A DNA stretch of 63,889 nt, filler included, from Octopus bimaculoides (lineage: Eukaryota), in the NCBI RefSeq assembly GCF_001194135.2. It is 6 parts of 6 records of this genome, joined end to end, with 100 filler letters (N's around TTAATTAATTAA, not from the genome) between each part and the next. Parts side by side here need not be neighbours in the genome. Positions count along the whole stretch, not along the records: positions 1 to 12,905 come from NC_068985.1; 5 more parts are not named here. One strand, written 5' to 3'. Every line of letters starts with the position of its first letter. Position 1 is the stretch's first letter. The position numbers were made by a program, and so were the translations under genes. The notes under the pieces are model-generated. The model ran no database searches. It saw only the letters and a list, made by a program, of their open reading frames with translations, and had not been told where the DNA came from. This document shows, piece after piece, positions 1 through 12,084 of the stretch.

Positions 1-336
1 AGATGCACCATTTTGAGCGTGGCTGTTGCCAGTACCGCCTGACTGGCTCCCGTAGGATTTTCGAGCGAGATCGTTGCCAGTGCCCCTGGACTGGCTTGTG
101 CGGGTGGCACATAAAAGACACCATTTCGAGCGCGGCCGTTTTCGTGCGGGTGACACGTAAAAGCACCCACTACACTCTCTGAGTGGTTGGCGTTAGGAAG
201 GGCATCCAGCTGTAGAAACTCTGCCAAATTAGACTGGAGCCTGGTGTTGCCATCCGGTTTCACCAGTCCACAGTCAAATCGTCCAACCCATGCTAGCATG
301 GAAAGCGGACGTTAAACGATGATGATGATGATGATA
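1..336 (+). mobile_element. SINE body/3' part with (GAT)n tail (family C here)
   Basis: Ends ...ccaacccatgctagcatggaaagcggacgttaaac(gat)n. A reverse-complement copy lies at 55137-55392, with weaker copies at 790-930, 1255-1312, 1345-1560 and 57505-57700. The tail type matches the (GAT)n end of the RTE at 5270-5287. Confidence 0.8.
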
Positions 337-789
337 CTAAATTTTGGATAATAAAGCAACAGATAAATATTACATAAGAAGCAAACCACATAAGCTGTAT
401 ATATAAACATAGCAAAATAAAAATATTCAAACTTAAAAATGGGTAATGAACATAATGGAGGATGACACCAACTACAGTCAACATTATTCTTGCATTTCTG
501 ACACATTAAGCAAAAGTCTTTTATCATAGTAAGTGATTGAACAATACATTATGAATGGTATCAGGTAGATGGAAATTGCATCACATGACCTCTAGAAAGA
601 TGTGACCATGACAACTTTTCTAGTGTTGGCACCATGGAAAAACTCACTCTGTACACACGGAAAAGTAGATGGCAAATGAGTAGAAAAAGTATAGGGCTAT
701 GAATTCCATATAGATCTGACTTGCTGAGTATTATTCAATCTCTATAGAGTTTTTGTCATTAGTAAATGCACCCAGGTAGTTGACATTTC

Positions 790-1560
790 AAGAGCATCCA
801 GCCGTAGAAACTTTCCCAAATGACATGTACATTCACCATAAATGAAATCAATAGTTCGTAATGACCGAGGACTCACATCTTCAACCTATACCAGCAAAGA
901 AAGTAGACATAGAATGATGAAATGATGATGCGCATGATTGTGTGGAAAGAAGATTGTTTCTCAACTACATGGCTCCAGTGTGGTACCTTGGACAACTATC
1001 TTCTACTATAGCCCTGGTCCAACCAAAGTCTTGTGAGTAGATTTGGTAGAAAGAAACTGGGAGAAGCCCATTATGTATATACATATATAAATGAGTGTGG
1101 GTCTTTATGTTTGTCCCTCACTACAGCTTGACAGCCAATGATGGTTTACATTCCCATAGCTCAGCAGTTTGGCAAAAAGAGAATAAAATAAATACCAGGA
1201 AAAAATAAGTACTGGGGTTGAGTTGTTTGACCAAATCCAAGCACAGGGCATCACATTCAAGAATTTAACCCATGCCAGAATGGAAAGTGGATGTTAAATG
1301 ATGATGATGATATGTATATATTTATACCTATCAGTGTCTGTCTACCTCATCCTCCTCATCATCATTTAATGCCTGTGCCCCATGCTGGGATGGGCTGGAT
1401 GGTTCAACTGGCATGGGCAAGCTAGAAAGCTACACCAGGCTTCATTTGTCTGTTTTGACTTGGTTTCTAGGGCTGCATGCCTTTCCTAAAACCAACTACT
1501 ATATAGAGTATATTAAGTGCTTTTTACATGGCATCAGCTTAGTCACCAGGTAGCTTGCAA
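790..1560. mobile_element. Cluster of degenerate SINE fragments in both orientations
   Basis: catccagccgtagaaac...gatgatg (790-930, +); body resembling the reverse complement of 13299-13691 (965-1240, +); (GAT)n tail (1255-1312, +); reverse family-C tail (1345-1560, -). Confidence 0.6.
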
Positions 1561-1635
1561 GACAAAGACCTCTCAGCATATAAATACACACACACGCTCA
1601 ACTATATATAAGCAAACATATATATATATAAATGA

Positions 1636-2258
1636 ATTAAAGTTAAATAGGTATCATTACCATTATTAATAATAACGATGATAATAAAGTGGCTAGCAAG
1701 TTTACACCTTTATAGGTAAAATATAAAGAAAATTCAATAGGGTATTAAATTACCACTTGCTATAAACAGAGCCATCGCTCTAAAACCACAAATTACTATT
1801 AAAATATACATGGTGAATGCAATAAATATAACAGAAATAGACTTACCTTGTATGAACTACAGAAGTAAGGAATGCGTATATTCCGGGATCAATTGATTTC
1901 GCTTTCTGTATGAAAAATGATACTTAAGCTTGTCAGCCAGATGCTATAACAACTATTTCTGAAATATTCATCACATTACACTGTGTGCGTTCTTACATTT
2001 GAATGCACCCAAGGCATTCAAAACAAACATATTGCAAGCCAGTATAATTTAAAGTTGAATAGGTATCATTACCATTATTCATGATATTAATAAAGTGGCT
2101 AGCAAGTTTACACCTTACTTCTGCAGTTCATACAAGGTAAGCTTATTTCTGTTACGTTTGTTGTATTTGCTATGTGTATTTTAATAGTGAGTAATTTGTG
2201 GTTTTAGAGCGATGGCTCTGTTTATGCAAGTGGTATTTTAATACCCTATTGAATTTGT
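1636..2258. repeat. Direct plus inverted repeat module (A-B ... A'-B' reverse complement), probably a Penelope-like terminal structure
   Basis: About 75 bp direct repeat (1636-1710 vs 2046-2116) and about 135 bp inverted repeat (1733-1870 vs 2113-2257). Confidence 0.7.
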
Positions 2259-2259
2259 T

Positions 2260-2285
<26 letters not shown>

Positions 2286-2298
<13 letters not shown>

Positions 2299-3543
2299 GA
2301 CAGAAGTAAATAGACATCCTTTTAATCATTGAAATTTATTTAAATCTGAAATTATACATTTAGATTATTTATTAATGTGAATATCTAATATTTAGTAGAC
2401 ATGTGAATATTTAATATTTAGTAGACATGCCCTTTACATTTGTCAATGCAAGGACCCTATTAGGCATGTTACTGATCAGATGACGGATATTCTCTTGCGG
2501 AATTTCTTGCCAAGTTTCATACAGTAATTTCAAAAAATCTGGCTTTGAAGATGCTTTCTTGTTCTTTTTACGAAGTGTCCTGTCCATTATGTCCCAGAGG
2601 TGTTCAATAGCATTCATATCTGGTGACTGGCTTGGTCATGGAAACTTTTTAATGCCATTCTCATCCAACAATTAGGTCATTTTAGCCATATGGCAAGGAG
2701 CCCATCTTCCATAAATAAAGAATCTTCTTTAATCATTTCACCACTGGAGAAGATTAGAAGGTGTCCTTTCTGTAATATGGACACATATGTATTTGAGTTT
2801 ATGTTTCCCTCACACTCCACCACCTCTGATGAACCATGCTCCAAATTGCTCCCCAGACCATCACAGAATAGCTGCCCTGCTTCATTGTTGGCTGCAATCT
2901 TTCCACATCAAATTCTTGATCACAGAGTCTCCAGACCCACACTCAACCACTGTCAGGAAATACAACAAATCTGGACTCATCAAAGAATATGATAGTGTCC
3001 CAAAATGCTAGTGGCCTCTCCACCATCTCACTGGCCCAATCTTTTCTCTGCTTGATGTTGGCTGGTCAAAGAAGTGTCTTCCTTCTTGCTGCTCTGCCAT
3101 AGTAACTAAGTTTGTGGAGATACATGACAGCTGTTCTGGGACTGACATCAACTCATTCTGCTATGTCAGAGGCCTTGCAATGAGGATTATCCTCCACACT
3201 TCTCTTAACAAAGAGAAGGATCCTGTCAGAGGGCCCTGGGGGAGGTGATGTAGACTCCTTCCCCTCTCTGGCGAATTGCACAATCACTCTATTAACTGTA
3301 GAAAGTGGGATCCCAAGGTTTTCTGTGATTTTACGCTATGTCCACCTTCAGAATGACCCACAAAATGGCCTCTCTGAAATTCAGACAGTTTCAAGGCTTC
3401 TTTTGTACATGGCATGATTAAACAGTCACATATAGAACCTGAAACATAAAAATGTCAATTAATAAAAATATAAACCATTACAAATTAGAATAAACATAAA
3501 ATGATGTTTTATGAGGTGTCTATTTACTTCTGTCATGTGTGTG
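2286..3543 (-). mobile_element. Full-length degenerate Tc1-family DNA transposon
   Basis: TIRs cacac(at)gacagaagtaaatagaca at both ends, flanked by TA (2284-2285, 3544-3545); transposase relic inside. Confidence 0.9.
2411..3415 (-). pseudogene. Tc1 transposase with stop codons
   Basis: Minus-strand translation from ATG 3415 includes IIFFDESRF, VMVWGAI and a C-terminus NAIEHLWDIMDR...WQEIPQENIRHLISNMPNRVLAL...KGMSTKY, with in-frame stops. Confidence 0.9.
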
Positions 3544-3697
3544 TATACACACAGACACAGACACACACAGAGAAATACATACATATATATGTATACATGT
3601 ATGTATATAGTTCACAGATGAGATCTTGGACACAGTTGCTTCTATACCCACTCAAGTTTGAATATTTTGAGCAAATTAGACAGATCAATATATAAAG

Positions 3698-5287
3698 GAA
3701 AGGCAGCTGGTCCATCAGAAGTAAGTGTGGAAATGATAAGTGCAAGTGGAGAGATAGGGATTGTTGTGATGATGGAGCTCTGCCAGGGCATGCTGGATGG
3801 AAGAGGTATGCCAGATGAGTGGGCACTAAGTGTGGTGGTACAGATCTTTAAGGGGAAGGGGGATGCAATAAATTGTGGGGTGTATAGAGGAGTTATTGGA
3901 GTATGCAATGAAAATAGTGGAAAGGATGTTGGAGATGAGAATTCGGAAAGGGGTGGATGTGGATGAGATGCAATTTGGTTTTATGCCAGGAAGGGGGACA
4001 ATAGATGCAGTGTTCATTGTAAGGAGATTGCAGGAGGAATACCGAGATAAGGGGAAGGAGTTATACATGTGCTTTGTTGATCTGGAGAAGGCATTTGATA
4101 GGGTTTCAAGGAAAGTGATTGAGTGGGCATTTGAGGAAGAAAGGTGTACTAGAGGTAATAGTGAGAGCAGTGATGAGTTTGTATGAGGTAAAACAAGAGT
4201 GAAAATTGGATCAGAGCTGTCGGAAGAGTTTGCAATAGTGGTTGATGTGGTGACGGAGAGTGGAAGAGAGGGACTGCTAATGGAGATACTGTATACAGAT
4301 AACCTTGTTCTGATGAGTGAGATGATGGAGAAGTTTTGGAAATGGAAGGAGGCATTTGAAAGCAAGGGTTAGAAGGTAAACCTTGGGAAGACAAAAGTAA
4401 TGGTGAGTGAAGTGGAAGGAGAAGTGTTAGTGAGTAAGGTGGATCCATGTGGTGTATGTGGGAGGAGGGTAATGGCAAATGCGGTGTTGTGTACAAGATG
4501 TGAGAAATGGATTCATGGTGGATGTACGAAAACGAAGGTAACCCCCAGACTGGCAAGAGAGTTTGTTTGTGGAAGATTTGGGAAAGGAGCTGGAGGCTAG
4601 TGAAGTCAGTGAAAATACTATGTGACAAGGTGGAGACGGTGGGAGGGTTTTGTTATTTGGGAGATAGGGTTGATGTAAGTGGTGGATGTGAAGCAGCTGT
4701 GACAGCAAGAGCAAGACTTGGCTGGGTGAAGTTCAGGGAATGTGGAGTGTTGTTATATGGGAAAAGGTTCTCATTAAAGATGAAAGGAAAGGTCTATAGG
4801 AGTTGTGTGAGAGTTGCAATGCTGTATGGGAGTGAGACATGGTGTTTGAGGGAGAGAAAGAGAGAGATGGCAGTTTTGAGAAGAACTGAGAGAGCAATGG
4901 TGAGAGAAATGTGTGGGGTGAAGCTGTTTGATAAGAGAAGGACTGAGGACTTGATGGGGATGCTGGGGTTGGAGGAATCAGTGGAACGGCTGGCAAGGGC
5001 TAATGGCGTGTGGTGGTATGGGCATATGCTGAGGAGGGATGAAGAGCATGTTCTAAAGAGAGTGTTAGAGTTTGAGGTAAATGGACAGCAAAAACGAGGT
5101 AGACTGAGGAAAATGTGGAAGGGACAGGTGGAGGAGATTGGGAAGGTTGGCTTGAGAAAGGAGGACACTCAAAACCAGGCAAGATGGCGAGATGGTGTGA
5201 GGGCAGTTGCTATGACATTGAGGTAGATCTGGCCACCTCCATTAACGGGGACAAAACCCAGATTCAAAATGATGGATGATGATGATG
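3698..5287 (+). mobile_element. 5'-truncated RTE-clade LINE (RT region, PHD-like insert, (GAT)n tail)
   Basis: GKAAGPSEV, GFMPGRGTIDAVFIVRRLQEEY, CFVDLEKAFDRVSRK, LYTDNLVL (YADD equivalent), YRSCVRVAMLYGSETW; tail gatggatgatgatgatg; 11-bp TSD aatatataaag at 3687-3697 and 5288-5298. Confidence 0.93.
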
Positions 5288-5648
5288 AATATATAAAGCA
5301 TATTAAATACATGAAATACAAAATATGTATAGATGTACACATACAAAAGAGGTTGAACTTACACAGAGTACAACTGATATAGAAAATTAAATGGTTGGAA
5401 GAAAGGTATTACAAATCCAACAGCTATTTCTGGGAGCTCAGCGATCTGTAATAAAGTTTGCAGATTAATTCCATCAGAGAATGCACCCATATGGATGCAT
5501 TTAACACAGGATGAGACGGGCCTCCGTCTTCAGGGAAGAGATCTTAGATTTGAGATCTTAAAGTAGAGAAGTTCAAAGATGGAATTCCATCTCCACATTT
5601 ATATACATGTATATAGGTGCTTATCCCCAGATTTACATATATGTATAT

Positions 5649-5790
5649 CGGTGCATAGCTTACTGGTTAGGGTGTTGAACTCAGGATTGTGAGATAGTGG
5701 TTTCAGTTCAAGGACTGGGTGGTACATTGTATTCTGAATAAAAGTGTTGATCTCATGTTACTCTGCAATTACTTTGACAACCAAAGTTGT
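5649..5790 (+). mobile_element. tRNA-derived SINE head (degenerate)
   Basis: ggtgcatagcttactggttagggtg (A-box-like) ... ggtttcagttcaagg (B-box-like), followed by non-tRNA sequence. Confidence 0.5.
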
Positions 5791-5799
5791 CGAAGTAAC

Positions 5800-6470
5800 T
5801 GCAAAGATTCAAATGTGATGACTGACAATAAGCCACTCAATAGGGTCAGGTCACTTAAATGTCTTTGGAAGTACAGTACTCTTGATGACAAAATCAACGT
5901 TGGAATATCTAAGGCCCCAAGTGCTTTTGGGAAATTTCTCATTGTTTGTGGGATGAACAAGGTGTCACAGTTTGAAAACTAAAATAAGTGTACACAAATC
6001 TTGTATTTTGAGCACACCCTTGAATGGGGTAGAAGCATGGACTCCCTACTACAGACATATAAAAGAACTTGAAACCTTTCACATATGCTGCTTGTGCAAT
6101 ATCTGCAACATAAAATGGAAAGATACGATATCAAATGTCAAAATTTTAGAAAAATGTGATATTCCTAGTATGAAGTAGAAGAATTCTGCAGTAAAGGAAG
6201 ACTTCTCCTTAGGTATAAAGATCAATTTAACATCATGGGAAAGCCTAGATCAATCTGAGTTGTGTAAAATGAAGCATGATGCGTCTTAACAATTTGAGTT
6301 GAAGAAGCAGAACAATAAAAGAATTATATCCCGCAACCAATGGACACATTTGTCCAATCTCAGGCAAAATCAAAATCATCAGTGTTCCCATCGTGACTTT
6401 ATAGCAAAATCCATACCAGGGCTCAAATTACATTCACACATCCAATGCAAACAGATACACTTTCTTTTAT
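5800..6470 (+). mobile_element. 3' fragment of a second RTE (BovB-like) family
   Basis: TLDDKINVGISKAPSAFGK, LNGVEAWTPYYRHIKELETFH...ICNIKWKD; terminal zinc-finger-like segment 6340-6450 matches 33575-33675. Confidence 0.85.
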
Positions 6471-6544
6471 TTTTAATCCTTTTTAAAAAATTTTCCCTTC
6501 AAACACTCATACAATTGAAAATGATGGCAGTAAATATACATATA

Positions 6545-7225
6545 TCTCTATTCTTATAAAAAGCAAAGTTTGTTTGTTTGTTTGTTTGTTTCTAAAATTG
6601 ATAATATTTCAGGGTTTTCATGTCATTTAAATTAATTTGACCATTCCACAGATAACTGTGCACTTATTTTCTGAAAACGGATTGGTGGTAGTGGTGGTGG
6701 TGAGGGCAGAGTTGGTGGTGTATTGGCTCCTATTTCTAGCAATCCACATCCTATTTCACCATGATATCTATATCTCTATCCTTATAAAAAGCAAAGTTTG
6801 TTTGTTTGTATGTTGACTGCTGAAAACACTAAATAAAATTGATAATATTTCAGGATTTTCATGTCATTTAAATTAATGTGACCATTATAATTGTGCACTT
6901 ATTTTCTGAAAACAGATTGGACACACACACACACACACACAAACACACAGTTGGTGGTATATTGGCTCCTATTTCTAGCGATCCACATACTGTCTATATA
7001 TCCTTATAAAAAGCAAAGTTTGTTTGTTTGTTTGTTTGTATGTTGACTGCTGAAAACACTAAGTAAAATTGATAATATTTCAAGATTTTCATGTCATTTA
7101 AGTTTATTTCCCCATTCTGCAGATAACTGTGCACTTATTTTCCAAAAACGAATGGGGTGGTGGTGGCAGTTGGTGGTGTATTGGCTCCTATTTCTAGCAA
7201 TCTACGTACTGTCTATTTCACCATA
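6545..7225 (+). repeat. Three tandem ~220-230 bp units, each starting like a Helitron 5' end
   Basis: Units start near 6545, 6773 and 6993 with (A)TC...T(T/C)CTTATAAAAAGCAAAG followed by (GTTT)n; each ends ggctcctatttctagc(a/g)atc. Confidence 0.75.
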
Positions 7226-7309
7226 ATGCTTTTTACAGAATGAAAGAATACTCCACCTATCACTCAATCCACCTCCAGCTTTCTCTAATTTTATACATTA
7301 CATTTATTC

Positions 7310-8590
7310 CTTTGAATATAAATAAATGTATATTCTTTTATTCTGGTTTCAGCCAGAAGTTGATGCCATGCCTTTCAGTGTTTTCAGGTCTCCTTTTGGT
7401 ACTGTTTTTGGTGAAGAAGTGAGTTGGATGAAGTTGCTCTTCTTTGTGCCTCTTGCTGGGATTTCAGATAGAAATTTCTCCAGGTGCTTTTTGAACATTT
7501 CCACATATACACCTAGCAGATCTCTTAGGTTCCTTGCCATGATGTTAAACAGTTGTGATTCCCTGAAACCCAAGCTGTTGCAAAACTGGTTCCTTATCTG
7601 AGATGAAGATGACAGTATCTTTGGTATTATGTGGTGCTGTCCAATTCAGTGGTTGGTATAATTTTTAATTCCTAAGTTGGGAACTAGACCTTCAGGATCT
7701 TCCATATGTATATCACTGCATACCTTTCTTGCCTTCTCTCCAGTGAGTATAGCTTCCCTGGAGAGAAGCTATTCTCAGTAGCTCATCTGTTTCACCAAGT
7801 CAATCTTTTTTGTATAGTGGCGCTGCATTGCCTCAAGTTCCGCCACCAATTTGATGTTCTGTGGCAACCACAGTTGGGAGCAGTAATCCAGACAACTGGA
7901 CAAATGTCCACCATAGCAAGGTATCCTTATTTCTGGTTCTGAATGACCTATGGATCCATCCAGCTACCTGCCTGCACAGTGTTGCTATTGTGGCAATATG
8001 CACATGGGATGTTGCATCACTACTCATGTGGATTCCCAGGTCACACACCAATTCTAACTCAGGGATTGCACAGACCCCTGGTCCCATGTATTCTGACTGT
8101 AGTCTGTTTATGGACCGATAGCGGAGTGCTTGAAACTTAGCATTGAACTGCATGTTATTTTCATCAGCTCATTTATATACTGCATGCAGGTCATTTTACA
8201 GTTTTATTATGTCATCAGGGTCTGTGACTGCCTGAGATACTTTTGTATCATTAGCATAGCTGGTGAGAGTGGTTGACTCTATGGTTGATGGGATGTGTGA
8301 GAGAACCACTACAAACAATAGCGATCCCAGTACAGTTTCCTGAGGAAGTCTGCTGTGGATCGATGTCTTCCCAGAGAGAGAACATCACTGGCTGCAACTG
8401 CCTGACTTCTGTCCTTTAAAAGGTCATGCAGCCATTCTCCCAGTTCTCCAGTGATATCAAAGTCACATAGTTTGTGACATATCATCCCATGATCAACTTG
8501 GTTAAAAGATTTGGTAAAGCTGAGATACATCACATCCACATTTGAGTGGTTGAGCTGCTGTTTCAGTAACCAATCATAATAGCTAAAAAT
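7310..8590 (-). mobile_element. 5'-truncated CR1-group LINE (RT to 3' end)
   Basis: Minus strand: YLSFTKSFNQVDHGMICHKL, GLPQETVLGSLLF, SYANDTKVS (YADD equivalent), MQFNAKFQALRY, CDLGIHMSSD, MGFRESQLFNIMARNLRDL. Confidence 0.88.
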
Positions 8591-8614
8591 CATAAATACT
8601 TTTCCTTGGTGATT

Positions 8615-8800
8615 TCAATGCATGTGTAGGTTGTGATACATCCATATAAGTTGACATAATAGGGAAGCATGTGGTTGGCAAGGCAAACTCAAACAGCCAT
8701 CTGCTGCTATTGCTTTGCAGTGAGTATGGATTTTTGATTACCAATACTATTTTCCAACTCCCCATCCACCATAAAAATACCTGGTAGCATATCCAATCAA
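8615..8800 (-). mobile_element. Inverted 5' segment of an RTE copy (endonuclease C-terminal part)
   Basis: Minus strand reads ...SNSSRWLFEFAL... then WMYHNLHMH, the APE segment that normally precedes HLIDY. Confidence 0.6.
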
Positions 8801-8806
8801 ACTATT

Positions 8807-10255
8807 TATCACCTCATTGATTACATAATTGTGAGGTCTCCCATGAGGGAAGATGTCCAAGTAACATATTCTTTTACTGGGGAATTTTACTATCTACAGT
8901 CCTATTTGTAACAATTGCACTCAACCAATTCAAAAAAATGGATGTGACAAAGCTGAGGAACAATGACAATTTAACCTCATTTCAAACAACCTGCAACAAT
9001 AAACTTGCTGGCATCTCAGATAACACAGATATTGAATCAGCATAGTCTGCTTTTAAAAATGCTGTATTTGAGTCTCTTGTGAAATACTTGGGTATGTTAA
9101 GAGGAAGCACCAAGATTGGTTCAACTCAAATGATCCAAACATCCATTCTCTTTTGGACAATATGCACAAGTGCCACTGTCAATGGATGCCAAATAAAAAC
9201 AATGCCACAAAACACAAGTTTAAAAGGCCAGAAATACATGCCAATCCCAACTGAGGCAAATGCAACAGATATGGTAGCAAAAGAAGGCATAAGAGTTGCA
9301 GAATGTTGCAGACAGATGTGACACTAGGCCATTCTATCAGAATTTAAAGGGTGTTTTTAGACTGTGTCTGGTGGCTCAACTCTCATACATTCAATTGAGG
9401 GTAATCTTCTGATATAAAAAGGAAATCACAAAGCACTAGGCAGAATAGTTTTCAAATGTTCTTAATATGGACTAAATTGTTCATGAAAAACTGATTAACA
9501 ACCTTTCACAGAGGCCTGTCCTTGAAGAACTGTCAGTTGCTCCATCAAATGCTGAGATAAAAAAAGGCCATAAAACAGCTCATGAATGGAAAATTTTCTG
9601 GGAAAAATGGCACACCAGCTGAGATATATAAACGTGGTAACAGTCTCCTGCTGAACTCTTCTCCTTAATCTGGGAATCAGGATCAGTCTTACAGGGGTTT
9701 AAAGACACTTCTATTGTTCATCTTTATAAGCACAAAGACAACAAATGTGAATGTAACAACCATAGAGGTATCTCCCTTTTGTGTGTTGCCAGGAAGATCC
9801 TTGGAAGACTAAATGATGTCCTTGCCAGCTTAGCATTGCCTGAATCTTAGTGTGGATTTCGGGTTGGTAGAAGCACAGTGGATATGATTTTTAGCTGCAG
9901 GAAAAGGCTTGTGAGAACAACAGAGACCTAATTGTTACTTTTGTAGATTTAACTAAAACTTTTGACACCATATCTAGGGATGCTCTTTGGGTTGTCCTAA
10001 GAAAGCTAGGTGTCCCAGAAAAGATGCTCAATGTCATCATTTCTTTCTATCAAGGGATGATGGTTTCTGTCAGATCTAGCAGGAAAGTGTCCGATTCATT
10101 CTCAGTTTCAAATGGGATCAACACAAGGCTGTGTTCTTGCACTGCTTTTATTTGCTTTGTATTTCTCCATCATGTTGGAAACAACAGTTAAAGGTGTTAA
10201 ACAAAGAGAAAAGTTTAAGTACACAACTGGTTGTGACTTGTTTAACCAACACGAG
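8807..10255 (+). mobile_element. RTE (BovB-like) ORF2 fragment: end of endonuclease to RT
   Basis: YHLIDYIIVR, HQDWFNS, IVHLYKHKDNKCECNNHRGISLLCVARKIL, CGFRVGRSTVDMIF, FVDLTKTFDTISR, QGCVLALLLF. Confidence 0.88.
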
Positions 10256-10803
10256 TGAGGGCGAGTGAGGTGGAGAAAAGTCCAATGAGAATATGGAACC
10301 TAATGTAAATTATATTTCACCATTGCAAACAATACTTAGTATTTTAAAAATAAATCAGGAAAGATAAGTTTTGCATAGGTTAATAGGTGTGTAAATCTTG
10401 TAATAGAAAATTTATGAAGTCAATGTGCCAGAAGAAAAAAAAACTAGATAGAACGGAGTGAAAAAACATTATGGACTCATGTTTACTAAAAAGCTGTAGG
10501 TACGACAACAAGAAATAAAAATAATTGAGAATATAAGGAAAAGTGGGAAATATGACAACAAATATGAAGATTAAGGAGGTATTATACTTACGAAGTCCAC
10601 TGTTCAGGAAACTAAAAAACATTTATGGAAAAGTAGTAAGAAAAAATATCAAAGAGGTTGAGTAATAATTATCGAGGGGGTGAAAAAAGTTGAAATTAGA
10701 CTAGTGTAGGGGAGATAAACTAGATAAAGTAGTGAGCTGAGTTTTTTTTTTTTAGAGGTTGGAGGAAAAAAAAATATATATAAATACCTATATGTGTGTG
10801 TGT

Positions 10804-10838
<35 letters not shown>

Positions 10839-12084
10839 CAGTTTAAATAAGAGCTATAACGCAATGCATTGTAAAAAACTTTTTAATAACCTATGATCAT
10901 TTCGATGCAATAGCCTGACTCACTCCTGTATGTTATAAAATATGGAATATTGTATCTCCTCAGGGTCAGATTTGATTAATTCATAGCAGACAGTAAAAAA
11001 CAGACAACATTAATAGTTGTCCTTAAATTACGTGTGTATAAACAGGTTGAAATGGCATGAAACATATTGACACTGCATACAATATCGGTTACGAAAACTG
11101 TTACATAGTAGAGTAAGTAAGTAAGTAGTGTTGTTAAGTTAGGATNNNNNNNNNNNNNNNNNNNNNNNNNNNNNNNNNNNNNNNNNNNNNNNNNNNNNNN
11201 NNNNNNNNNNNNNNNNNNNNNNNNNNNNNNNNNNNNNNNNNNNNNNNNNNNNNNNNNNNNNNNNNNNNNNNNNNNNNNNNNNNNNNNNNNNNNNNNNNNN
11301 NNNNNNNNNNNNNNNNNNNNNNNNNNNNNNNNNNNNNNNNNNNNNNNNNNNNNNNNNNNNNNNNNNNNNNNNNNNNNNNNNNNNNNNNNNNTTTATAAGT
11401 TAATGGTCAAAGAGGTAAATCTAGTAAATAATACTTATGTAAAATATAATCTACTCAAATGTACATAATCATATCAAATAATTATATTTCATTTAAAGTT
11501 TAGAACAGTAATGAGACTTTTTATGGTTATGTAAACAAGATAAATTAGAGAGTATAAATTGTAAATAATGAATAATAATAAGTAAAATAAATTAGGTTAC
11601 ATTCAGATTGCAGCTATCAAAGTTTAAGAAAAATTATAATATATTAACTTAGTAATGGGGTTCAAATACAATATTAAAGATAATATCAAAAGAAGGAACG
11701 GATTTAATCGATAACGTAAAAAGTAAACAAATATTACAATATAATCGTTATTATCTCACATATAAATATAACTGAAAAATTAAGTAAAACTATTATGATG
11801 TAAGTAACTAGCTTAAAACAACACCGTTATATCAAATAATTCATTAGATACTTGAGAACAAAAACCCAACTCACTTAAAAATTTTTTATCTGTAATATAT
11901 TATAATAAAATTAAAAATTATTTGTTTATTTTCTTTAACTTAGGCAACATTTGAGTTACAACATAATTTTGTTTACTTTCTGAGAATTCTCACTGTAATT
12001 TTCATTTAACTTTTATTACAACGACCACTTAGCTCTGATTCTCTTTAAAAATAGAAACCTTTACGAACCTCCCCCCCTTCTTTT

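Noticed and set aside
5400-5490. Additional hammerheads on the minus strand (CTGATGG...GAAATAGCTGTT here; a weaker one near 1890-1930)
   Set aside because: Core nucleotides are altered and stem II cannot be drawn convincingly; at most PLE-end relics.
6545-7225. CRISPR-like array
   Set aside because: Units are ~225 bp homologous along their whole length with no unique spacers, the context is eukaryotic, and there are no cas genes.
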